Source: Octopus bimaculoides (Eukaryota). From it: a stretch of DNA of 40,373 nucleotides. Both the position numbers and the translations under genes were made by a program. Every line of letters starts with the position of its first letter. The stretch's first letter is position 1. This document shows, piece by piece, positions 11,107-21,947 of the stretch. The stretch spans positions 57,600,294 to 57,640,666 of the forward strand of contig NC_068983.1 in NCBI RefSeq assembly GCF_001194135.2, written 5' to 3'. Under the pieces are notes generated by a model that had not been told where the DNA came from, searched no databases, and worked only from the letters and a program-made list of their open reading frames with translations.

Positions 11107-11155
11107 AATTAGAAATACCAGATTCTTTTATTCTTTTATTCGTTTCCGTCATTTG

Positions 11156-11500
11156 ACTGTGTGGTAAGAAGCTTGCTTACCAACCACATGGTTCCGGGTT
11201 CAGTCCCACACAGGCAGACCAAAGCCGTGTGAATGGATTTGGTAGACGGAAACTGAAAGAAGCCCGTTGTACATATATATGTATGTATGTATGTTTGCAT
11301 ATGTGTTTGTCTCCCCACCATTGCTTGACAACCGTTGTTGGTGCGTTTATGTACCCGAAATTAGCAGTTCAGCAAAAGAGACTGATAGAATAAGTACTAG
11401 GCTTACAAAAAATAAGTCCTGGGGTCGATTCGTTTGACTAAAGGCAGTGCTTCAGCATGGCTACAGTCAAATGACTAAAACGTGTAAAAGAATAAAAGAA
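11156..11500 (+). mobile_element. tRNA-derived SINE family A
   Basis: gtgtggtaagaagcttgct...ggttcagtcccac head, internal TA/TG microsatellite, tail cagcatgg..cagtcaaatgact...taaaaga. Confidence 0.9.
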
Positions 11501-12682
11501 TAATCATAATTTTATAACTACATATTAATAGGACCCCCAAAGGTCATAAGGGCCCTAGTGGAGAAACACTGCACTAAAGAAAAAGGAGAATATTATATGA
11601 CTGGGAGAAGAGGGAGGGGGCAATATAGAATCAGGAGAAGAAAGCACACAGTGTTTGAGTGGCTGAGGTCACCTGAGTGAGGACACCAACCATACTACAG
11701 TTTAATGATTAAGACCATTAAATAACTATGTTTTGTAAGTTGATGCTTGTGTATACTTTGATGCTGGTAAATCTTTTATCTCCACTTCTAGTAGGAACAA
11801 TTCCATAATTAGTTATTAATAAAATAACATCGCTTGCCAATTATTTTTTACAATGTTCTTAACTAATTAAAAGAAAAATAATGCATGTTTTTGCATATAT
11901 TTTAATACTAAATATTTTGTTATTCATCTATGAACACTGAGTGTTTTTAAAACGACAAAAAAATTACTATGGTTAGGCATTCAGAATTTGTAAGAAATTT
12001 TACAAAACATCTTGTTTGTGAAATAAAGTTAGTTTGGTTTTGTGTAACCTTAGTCACACACATAATCATAAAAACTCTCTCTTCCTCTCTCCCATTCTCT
12101 GTATTATTGTCTTCCTCTGTGAAATGGTTCTTCTTTCTAATGAATATATATTTTCTGTGTGCCCATGTTTGTAGCATTACATTATTTTGTTAATATTTCG
12201 TCATCAAATGTAATAATGATTAACCACCCCATTTTATTCGAATGACCTTTTTGGAATTTATTTCTCATTAGTACTTTGAAGAGAGTTAAAGATCAAATTT
12301 AAAAGTTTTAGAATACCATTTTTTTTTTTCATTCACATTCTTCATAAATAAATAAACACCTTAGTTACAGAGAATGAGACAAATATATTTCAATGTTTTC
12401 CACTGAAGAATTTCATTGAAGCTGCTAACATTTAATTTGGTTAGATGTCACCAACAGCCAAAGGTTGTCTTTTAGGCAGTAAACAGTGAAGAACATCTTC
12501 ATAGTTTTAATTATTGATTCGGAATGAGGTAGAACTAGAACTAGTTCCTATCATTAATATCATACTTTTAATATCATTTACGTGATATGTTATATTCCTT
12601 CTCCTATTTTCCATTGAGTTGTTAAGTTTACCTTTACATATATATATATATATTCTTTTGATGGGGGTTTGTGTGCAGAAAA

Positions 12683-12850
12683 TGTGTAGCCTAATAGTTA
12701 GGAATGTTAAAGTTAAAATCATAAGGTGTTGGGTTCAAATTTTAAACCCGATGGTGCATTATGCCCTTGAGCAGTGTACTTCATTTAACATTGTTTTAAT
12801 GTACACAAGTGAAAATGAGTACCGACTACATTCTGGTGCGACCTTCACTC
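12683..12850 (+). mobile_element. Old, degenerate tRNA-SINE relic
   Basis: gtgtagcctaatagttagg (A-box-like), gggttcaaatt (B-box-like), cccttgagcag...aaaatgagtacc block. Confidence 0.5.
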
Positions 12851-13101
12851 CCTCTCTTTCTCTCTCACTCTCTATCATGTTCACTCCACTTCTTATCTTC
12901 TCCGGCAGTCACCTTCGTGAACATTCAACCAGATCTTGGGAGGGAGGGCCAAGTGAGTACCTATGGCTGCTTGTGACCTACACCTCTTTACCAATTAGAG
13001 AAATCATGGTAAATGCTATCAAATCATATTCACTTCGAAGAGATAAAAAATACTTTCGGAAAATAGTATTTTTCTCCCAATTCTTGCATTTTATTCCATA
13101 G

Positions 13102-13170
13102 AAATTATAAGGTAAGAGTTCAAATAGAGATAAATACTTTATCTCTATTTGAACTCTTACCTTATAATTT
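13102..13170. repeat. Perfect palindrome with 33-bp arms and a 3-nt loop
   Basis: aaattataaggtaagagttcaaatagagataaa-tac-tttatctctatttgaactcttaccttataattt. Confidence 0.95.
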
Positions 13171-13550
13171 TTTAATTTCCATCCTCCAAAGAATCATGAT
13201 TCCATATCTGTATAACTCACTGTCAAAGAATATATCCAATTACCTTTACACAAACAAGACTAGTGGAAATTTCATGTGATTCACTAATGAATATAATTAC
13301 ATAAAACCGACTTAATCCCTTAATTCCATTCAATTCAAAAATATAACCATTTTAGTAATCGCAAGTCAAAGACTATAACCGTTCATGGAAATTTGGTCAC
13401 ATGCAGAGTAGTGTTGATGTTTGGTAAATTGATAATAATAATGAAATTATTGTGTATAGTTCTCAGGTGTTTTATTGTTCCAGTGTACTTGCTTTGCACA
13501 GGTTTTAATCCACGTCAGGAATGCTAAAGAAATTTAGCTGTGAAAAACAA

Positions 13551-13783
13551 ATGTGTATATGTGTGTACGTGTCTGTGTTTGTCCCCCGAACATCGCTTGG
13601 CAACCAATGCTGGTGTGTTTATGTCCCTGTAACTTAGCATTTTGGCAAAAGAGACCGATAGAATAAACACTAGGCTTACAAAAAATAAGTCCTGGGATCG
13701 ATTTGCTCAACTAAAGGTGGTGCTCCAGCATGGCCACAGTCAAATGACTGAAACAAGTAAAAGAGTAAAAAGAGTAAAAGAGT
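13551..13783 (+). mobile_element. SINE family A, 3' half
   Basis: gtctgtgtttgtccccc...gctccagcatggccacagtcaaatgactgaaacaagtaaaagag. Confidence 0.9.
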
Positions 13784-14430
13784 ACCGTTGTTAAAGCAAT
13801 GGTATATTAATTCTAAGTGGAACAGTGAATAAGTATGCAACAAATGAAAATGTAAAATTTAAAGCACCCAGCCCTAAAATGAAATATTGCAAAACAGTTG
13901 TTAACAGAACATGCATTTGATGTTAACAAACAATGATGAATAAATGAAGAAATTTAACTGTAAAATTCATGAAACACAAGCTGTGATAATAAGTGTTAAT
14001 CCTATGATAAAGGTTTTAACACAAAAGGTTGTCAGCAACTGAAACAGGCTTAAAACAGATGCAAGAAGAAAATCCACACTATTGCAATGAAAACTTCTGA
14101 ATAGCTTATATCACACACAAATAGCAATTAGAGTTGTAGAGATATTCGAACAGACAATGTTTGCCAAGTAGAAATTAAATGAGAGGTTATTTCTGTTTGC
14201 GCTTGCTTATAAACTATGGTCCAGTCATGAACACTTAGCTGAGGACACTATAAAAGAGGTTTCTGTAGAACATTGTGAATGTATTCATATGTATGTATAC
14301 ATATATCTATACATACATACACACATCCATGTACATGCATACACACAAATTTATACATATACACATATATGTGTGTGTGAGTGTGTATATATATATATAT
14401 GTATGATGTATGTACCAATATAAATATACA

Positions 14431-14630
14431 GTGAGCCGGCAGAATCATTAGCACACCGGACGAAATGCCTAGTTCAAATTCTGCCGAGGTAGACTTTGCC
14501 TTTCATCCTTTCAGGGTCAATTAAATAAGTACCAGTTAAGCACTGGGGTCGATGTAATTAACTTAATCCCCTTGTCTGTACTTCCTTGTCCCCTCTATGT
14601 TAAGTCCCCTGTGGGCAATAAAGAAATAAA
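14431..14630 (+). mobile_element. SINE family B copy with an internal deletion
   Basis: gtgagccggcagaatcattagcac...gttcaaattctgccgagg...ggcaataaagaaata. Confidence 0.85.
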
Positions 14631-15950
14631 TAAAATTTATGTTGCACCGGCAACCAGTTGGCAGAGAATCTGCCTCGGGTTAAAAATTAGTAGTACCATT
14701 CAACAGCCACTTTGATGTGGTGACTGGCTTTACTATATATACTTATATATATNNNNNNNNNNNNNNNNNNNNNNNNNNNNNNNNNNNNNNNNNNNNNNNN
14801 NNNNNNNNNNNNNNNNNNNNNNNNNNNNNNNNNNNNNNNNNNNNNNNNNNNNNNNNNNNNNNNNNNNNNNNNNNNNNNNNNNNNNNNNNNNNNNNNNNNN
14901 NNNNNNNNNTATATATATATATATATATATATGAGTGAGTGAGTATATGTATATATACATATATATATGTGTGTGTGTCTGTGTGAATGTGGTGTATATA
15001 TCAGTGCATACAAAAATACATGTAGACATATGTGTGCAAATATGCATAGATGAATGATTCTGTGATTCTGTATTGCTTGATGTACGTTTATGCAAAGCAG
15101 TCATTAAAGCTTATTCTTAGAATGTCTATAAATGGTTGGGATTTGGGATTTTCTGCTAATTTTCTTGTTGATTTCCTTTCTTTCATCTGTATCATTTCAG
15201 CTAAATCTTTCCAGCAAATTTTTCCCAATTAACACCAAATTTAATCCTTATTATTAATTTTATAGATCACTTTCTGTGATATTCTTTAACAAGATAGCTG
15301 AATACGTTGTGCTGTAACGTAATGTTTTCAAATAAATTGGAATATAATTATATTTATTTATTTATTTATTTTACTGTATTTTTTTTGTTTTCATTGCCAA
15401 CCATTTCAATTTAAACAAGAAACAACAAATTAAACATAAATTTATGCCCTCAATTCAATTTTATCATCACTTCAATTTTGCTGTCATTTCAGTTTTAATT
15501 TAAATTTTCACCAGCTTCCAACTACGAAGAACATATGTGTTAAGGAAGATATTTTCCTTAGTTCTTTCAAAGAAACATTCTTCTCTGTAATGTTTCAGTA
15601 GTACTATAAGAGATCAAATATGATTGTTATTAATGTTCTTCCATTAATTTTTCAATTTTACCCTTTTATAATTAATTTTGTTTTCTTTCAAAGATGTGTT
15701 TCTTATTATTATAAAAATATATTTTGTCAAAGGATTTAAAAGATGAAAACTCCGCTTTGTTTTTTGTTTTTAAGTGGTAAAAAAAAACAAAAAAGTGTGT
15801 CAACAAATAAAGTCGCCTTGAAGAAAACAACAACAACAACAACTGCAAGAAAATGTTCGCAAGTAAAAACAACCAAATTAGAAACACAAAAGGCAGCAGT
15901 TATTTTGGTTCAGTTAATCTTAAGCTTATTCTAAAAATATTTTCATAAAA

Positions 15951-15952
<2 letters not shown>

Positions 15953-16011
<59 letters not shown>

Positions 16012-16098
16012 TCGAAAAATACCTTAGGAATGAGAACCCAGGTTTGAAATTTTCCCAGGAAACCTGATGAAGGGTGGAACGTTGGGTTAACAACAAAC
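15953..16098 (+). mobile_element. (TAA)n followed by a Penelope-like terminal segment with a deleted hammerhead motif
   Basis: gaacccaggtttgaaattttcccaggaaac-ctgatga-agggtgg-aacgtt-gggttaacaacaaac. Homologous to 1756-1838, with helix II partly deleted. Cut off by a gap. Confidence 0.6.
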
Positions 16099-16223
16099 NN
16101 NNNNNNNNNNNNNNNNNNNNNNNNNNNNNNNNNNNNNNNNNNNNNNNNNNNNNNNNNNNNNNNNNNNNNNNNNNNNNNNNNNNNNNNNNNNNNNNNNNNN
16201 NNNNNNNNNNNNNNNNNNNNNNN

Positions 16224-16258
<35 letters not shown>

Positions 16259-16692
16259 GTTGTCTACTCCTTATGCGGAGTTTGACCATCTCCTGTACCT
16301 ACACCTAAGAACTATCATGGCATCTGATGTGGCTTTTAAAACCAGACAATGTTCTGAAATGACACCCTTACATACATATATAAATGCATACATGCAGACA
16401 TGGTGATTAATACACACATATATGAATTGCTTTTAAGACAAAAGAAGTACTCAGTACTGTTGCATAGAGTGAAATATTGTTCATTCAATGTCGTGTTTGC
16501 ATCAGTCATTACTAAGAATTTTTCATCTTCACATGAATAACAAATGAACCAGAAATCTCTGGGTAGTGATTGTCGCAGTCTGAGCTTTGGTCTAATAGTG
16601 TTACTTATGCACATATATATACACATCCATATTTTTCCAACAGCTTTTCTTCATTCTTTTTATTTTTTCTACCATCTTTTCTTGCTACTTTA

Positions 16693-16730
16693 TTTTCCTG
16701 ATGAAGAACTAATGTCCGGAACGTCAAGAG
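16693..16730 (+). ncRNA. Degenerate minimal type-I hammerhead ribozyme-like motif
   Basis: ttttc-ctgatga-a-gaac-taat-gtcc-ggaac-gtc-aagag. One mismatch in helix II, GAAA changed to GGAA, weak helix I. Confidence 0.5.
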
Positions 16731-16854
16731 TATTTCCGAGCATTTTATCTGTTAAACTGATACATTTCTTGAAACCTGTAATACCTTGGTTTTGTGCTTA
16801 TTGTTTTATATGCTCACATATGCACACATATGCATGTTCAGATATATGTATGTA

Positions 16855-16888
16855 TCTCTGTCTGTCTCTCTCTCTCTCTCTATCTCTG

Positions 16889-16919
<31 letters not shown>

Positions 16920-17047
16920 TTCTCTCTCTCTGTGTCTCTCTCTCTCTCTGTCTGTCTCTGTATCTCTCTGTCTCTCTCTCTCTCTCTGTCTCTCTCTCTG
17001 TCTCTGTCTCTCTCTCTCTGTCTCTCTCTCTCTCTGTCTCTCTCTCC
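16855..17047. repeat. Compound (CT)n/(CTGT) microsatellite
   Basis: Seen directly. Confidence 0.95.
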
Positions 17048-17084
17048 ATATAAATGCATGTGTGTGTATGTGTGTATGTGTGTG

Positions 17085-17336
17085 TATTCTTTTACTCTTT
17101 TTCTTGTTTCAGTCATTTGACTTCAGCCATGCTGGAGCACCACCTTCAGTTGAATAAATAAACCCCAGAACTTATTTGTTGTAAGCCTAGCACTTATTCC
17201 ATCAGTCACTTTTGCTGAACCACTAATTCACGGGGACGTAAACACACCAGCATCGGTTGTCAAACGATGGTGGAAGACAAACACAGACACACAAATACAT
17301 ACATACATACATACATACATACGTACATACTTATAT

Positions 17337-17375
<39 letters not shown>

Positions 17376-17529
17376 TATATATATACATACAAACGATGGG
17401 CTTCTTTTCAATTTCCGCCTACTGAATCTGTAACAGAAGACACTTGCCCAAGGTACCATGCAGTGGGACTGAACCCAGAACCATGTGGTTGGGAAGCAAG
17501 CTTCTTACCACACAGATACTCCTGCGCCT
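17085..17529 (-). mobile_element. SINE family A with an expanded internal microsatellite
   Basis: Reverse complement of the family A head and tail, with internal (CATA)n/(CA)n. Confidence 0.9.
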
Positions 17530-17556
17530 GTATGTATGTATGGGTGTGCGTGTGTG

Positions 17557-17590
<34 letters not shown>

Positions 17591-18029
17591 CATAATATCC
17601 AGTGTAATCCAACACAGTAATACGAGAGTTAAAGCAAAAAATATTTAGATGGTAAAAATTCAGTGTTTGTTTATGTCAGAGAAAAGAAGAATGCATTGAA
17701 ATGTAATAACAGCAACAAAAATGGCAATAAATAGCTTGATAAAGATTGTATTAATTTTACACTACAAGAATGGAAATACTTTTGGCATTTTAGAATTAGT
17801 ACTTCTTCATGAAGAAGTTAAATGGAAAAAAAGGGAAGTTAAAAATCAGAGAAAGGAAAATGAAAGCAGAAAACACAATTAATGCACGTATGAGTTCTGA
17901 GCATGGCTTTCTAATGAAGCAGAAGTATAAAGAGAAAATATGTTCAGTGAAGCAGGAATGGTTGTTTGAAATAAAGCATGGAATGGTTGTAGTCTACTTG
18001 CATGTGGGATATTTTTGAAGTGTGTGTTT

Positions 18030-18050
18030 GTATCTATCTATCTATCTATA

Positions 18051-18085
<35 letters not shown>

Positions 18086-18254
18086 ACCGGAGTAAGCACA
18101 TGAAATGTGCAACAAGGTGGAAAAAAGAGTACTCAAATACCAGAGGTAGAGTAATATGCTTTATTTAAAAGCAGCAGAAATATAACAACAAAACGTTACT
18201 CTGAAAACTCAGAGTAACGGTCTTTTTGTTATATTTCTGCTGCTTTTAAATAAA

Positions 18255-18303
<49 letters not shown>

Positions 18304-18376
18304 TATCTTTCTATCTATCTGTCTTTTTTCTGTTTCTCTATCTATCTATCTCGCTATCTACCTATCTATCTATCCA

Positions 18377-18429
<53 letters not shown>

Positions 18430-18453
18430 TTATCTATCCATCTATCTCTCTAT
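18030..18453. repeat. (TATC)n, (TA)n and (CT)n microsatellite cluster
   Basis: Seen directly, surrounding the 18154 hairpin. Confidence 0.9.
18154..18260. repeat. Long hairpin / inverted repeat
   Basis: Perfect 30-bp arms at 18159-18188 and 18226-18255, plus inner 11-bp arms at 18194-18204 and 18209-18219 with a 4-nt loop. Confidence 0.9.
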
Positions 18454-18650
18454 CTAGGGTGGATAAAATTCCTGAAATCCACGGACAAGTTCTCTCCAGC
18501 AGTCTTTGTCCCTCATCATTGCTGCCATGTCCTGCGTCTCCCACACACCAGTGTCTGTCCTTAGGGCATCAACATATGTCATGCTCAGTCTCCCTCTTCT
18601 CATGTGTCTATGTAGGGGCTCCCACATGGGCACTGAGTGCAGTATCAACT
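18454..18650 (-). mobile_element. 3' end of an RTE/RTEX-like LINE ORF2
   Basis: MWEPLHRHMRRGRLSMTYVDALRTDTG..MRDKDCWRELV* resembles the post-RT C-terminus (WxP..G.R.RGRP..TY.D.L..DTG...M.DR..WR). It runs into (TAGA)n. Confidence 0.7.
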
Positions 18651-18767
18651 CTGAATGACAGTGAGCATTCCAGCTAACCTCAATCTCCTCTGTGTTATTT
18701 GGGTGTGTGTGTGTGTGAATGTTAATTGCATGTAATGTTGGTGACTACTTCTTTTTTTGATAAGCAA

Positions 18768-19440
18768 TATTTCTTCCAAATATTTCATGCCCATTTCCAT
18801 CTCTTTCAAATAAAAGAGATAGCAATGGCCACCAAATTTGCACCCACATTTGCAACACCAGTGATGAGATTTGTAGAAGAAAATATCTGTACCTGACATG
18901 CAATTATTTTACATTAGTATTTCCAATTCTATTTAAAAAAAAAAAAGGAAAAGATTCCTGAATGATGGCTTCACATTTTGTAATAGAAATGAAGATCTTA
19001 TATCCTTATAACAGAAATGAAGAATCCTAAATTTAATGAATAGTATTCATGACTCAATCTAATTCACAATGGAAATGGATGAAACGGAAATTCCATTTCT
19101 GCAAGGACAGAAACAGACAATACTTAGATCTTGCCTTCTCATTTGATGTGGCAAGAAGTACATGATCAATAGTTACAAACACAATTAGAGAAACATGGCT
19201 GGTAGAACTAAAAACATACCCCTACATACAAAAATACACTAAAACCCTTCGTAAATTATGACATTATCCAAATTAAAACAAATGTTAGTTCACTACTTAT
19301 GGAGAAACACTTACAATGAGAGTCAAAACATGAACAGAAATATTCCATCTATTGTCACCCAAAAACCATGAAACACTAATATCGTTCTTGCAACCAAAGT
19401 ACGTCTTCAAATTCTACACCAATTATCAAATCTATGCAAA
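18768..19440 (+). pseudogene. Penelope-like element reverse transcriptase relic
   Basis: Blocks LFQIKEIAMATKFAPTFATPVMRFVEE (cf. QxxGxAMGxxxAPxxAxxxMxxxEE), KRFLNDGFTF (YxDD region), LNLMNSIHDSI*FTME..EIPFL, RQYLD..FDVAR, IPSIVT. Contains stops, frameshifts and deletions. Confidence 0.85.
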
Positions 19441-19506
19441 CAAATTAAAGTGTCAGAAATTACTAACTGCCAAAAACAATCTCTGAATCTTAAAAGACTT
19501 TTGATA

Positions 19507-20022
19507 AACTCTTGGAGCTCTTGGTGGAATATGAGCTCTTGGTGGAATTTGAGCTCTTGGTGAAATTTGAGCTCTTGGTGGAATTTGAGTTCTTGGTGGA
19601 ATTTGGACTGTCGGTGGAATTAGAGCTCTTGGTGGAATTTGAGCTCTTGGTGGAATTTGAACTCTTAGTGGAATTTGAACTCTTGGTGGAATATGAGCTC
19701 TTGGTAGAATTTGAGCTCTTGGTGGAATTTGAGTTCTTGGTGGAATTTGAGTTCTTGGTGGAATTTGAACTGTTGGTGGAATTTGAACACTGGGTGGAAT
19801 TTGAACACTTGGTAGAATTTGAGCTCTTGGTGGAATTTGAACACTTGGTGGAATTTGGGCTCTTGGTAGAATTTGAGCTCTTGGTGGAATTTGAACACTT
19901 GGTGGAATTTGGGTTCTTGGTGGAATTTGAACTGTTGGTAGAATTTGAGTTCTTGGTGGAATTTGAACTCTTGGTGGAATTTGAACTCTTGGTGGAATTT
20001 GAGTTCTTGGCGGAATTTGAGC
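19507..20022. repeat. 18-bp minisatellite (GGTGGAATTTGAGCTCTT), about 28 copies
   Basis: No indels across the array, only substitution variants. Confidence 0.97.
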
Positions 20023-20120
20023 TAAAGAACCAAAATAAATGCTGGTAATCACTTTTTTTACAATCACCTATATATACATACATACATACATACATACATA
20101 CATACATACATACATACATA

Positions 20121-20345
20121 CGTGTGTATGTCTTTGTGTCTGTGTTTGTCCCCTTCCACTGCTTGGCAACTGGTGTTGGTGTGTTTACATCCCTGTAACT
20201 TAAGCTGTTTAGCAATAGAGACTGATAAAAGAAGTACCAAACTCAAGTGAAAAATATGGGAATCAGTTAGTTTGACTGAAAACTTATCAAGGTAGTGCCC
20301 CAGCATGGTCGTAGTATAATGACGGACACAAGTAAAAAAGGGAAG
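20121..20345 (+). mobile_element. SINE family A, 3' half
   Basis: Follows (CATA)n. gtctgtgtttgtccc...ccagcatggtc. Confidence 0.8.
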
Positions 20346-20377
20346 ATAAAGATGCAAACTTCTTGTTTTAAAGCAAT

Positions 20378-20639
20378 CTAAATTAAAGCTTCCCATCAAA
20401 ATATCAAATTAATATTTAAGTTCCAAATACCAGCTTGAAAATGCCAAAGTTATTTTGCTAAATTTTTCATGATTTTCAGAATTAACTGAAACAAAGATAG
20501 TATGCGTTTCAATAAAAATATGGTAACAAAAGGGTTTTTAATGACAAAGTTGTTTTACTAAATTTTTCATTATTTTCGTAATTATTTAAAACAAAGACAG
20601 TATATATTTCAACAGGAATATGGTAACAAAAGGGTTAAA
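20378..20639 (+). mobile_element. Right end of a piggyBac-like non-autonomous element with a duplicated terminal 99 bp
   Basis: Two consecutive blocks end atatggtaacaaaagggtt, the last with ...GGG-TTAA. Reverse-complement homolog at 39186-39350. Confidence 0.55.
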
Positions 20640-21442
20640 AATCAATAATTCGAAATAATCATAAAAACATTAAAATGAAAAGAAAACCTTCTTTAAATCT
20701 ATCCCTGCCTGTATCTCAATGAGAGTCAATTATTGATAATGGTTGTTGGCATTTCAATTTAGAGAATATTCTAAGAATAAATAAACAACCAGAGAGTTTA
20801 GAAGTAAAAATTCTTTCTGATTAATTTATTAATTAGTGAACACTCGAAAAACAGCAGTGACAAAGAAGATGTCAGGTCAGTGACGGTAATGGATAAGGAT
20901 TGTGGTGTTAATGTCTTTTAATAAATAAGAACCTTGTTTCAAAAAACACACAGATATTTTTGAAGAAACAAGATGTTTTAAACAATAATGAAAACATTTC
21001 AGTGAATTATTAAGAAAGAAGTGTAGAAATACTGCTGGCAAAAAGAAGGAAAAAGAAAGAATTTTATAAATCAAAATAAGGAGATGCAGGACGAAGAAAA
21101 AAGCTGAAGGAAATATAACAAATATGAATGACATGTTAGTTAAAGAAAGCACAAAGGCGAAAATTTGGAGGAAGCATATAGTACAGGTTTTTAATTGAGG
21201 GACCCCGGAAGAGTCGAATTTAAAGTTTGCCCTGACAGGAGTTGAAATTAGAACGCAAAGGTGCAGTGGCTTAATTGTTTCTCGTAATTGATTTTTGATT
21301 TAACCCCAGACCAATCCTGATGGAACAGATATATGGTTAAAAACATTTCATTTGTGATCAACCTGTCTATGCCCGCTATACAGAAAATCCAGATCCACTT
21401 TGTCTAACGTATTCTTTTTATAAGACAGTAGGGTGTGAAAAT

Positions 21443-21764
21443 GCATGACTCAGTGGTTAGAGCGTCGGGCTCACGATCATGAGGTTATAAGTTCGATTCC
21501 TGGACCGGGCTATGAGTTGTGTTCTTGAGCAAGACACTTTATTTCACGTTGCTCCAGTTCACTTAGCTGTAGAAATGAGTTTGCGATGTTTCTGGTGCCA
21601 AGCTGTATCGACCTTTGTCTTTCCCTTGGATAACATCGGTGGATAACGTCGGATAAAATCTGCTGGTCTTCCATAAACAACCTTGCTCTGACTTGTGCCT
21701 AGGAGTACAACTTTCTAGGTGCAATCCCATAGTCAGCCATGATCGAAGGGGGTCTTTTACCCTT
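21443..21764 (+). mobile_element. tRNA-derived SINE, family C with tail type 2
   Basis: A box tgactcagtggttagagcg, B box gttcgattcc, central block gagcaagacactttatttcacgttgctccagttcac. Confidence 0.9.
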
Positions 21765-21947
21765 GTAGAGTGTGGCAAGAATTAGATTCAGTTGCTATTT
21801 CTAACAGTTCAGGCGATTACGTAGAGGCTCCAGATCAGTGCTTCTCAAACGTTTTTAGTAATCATCCCATTTCTTTGCCATCACTTTGTCAACATCCACT
21901 TGATATGTTACAACAAAATTAAATACACACGTAAATATACAGACATA

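Noticed and set aside
11532-11571. hAT-like terminal motifs (tggagaaacactg here, cagtgcttctcaaac at about 21837)
   Set aside because: These are single short ends with no partner TIR or TSD found.
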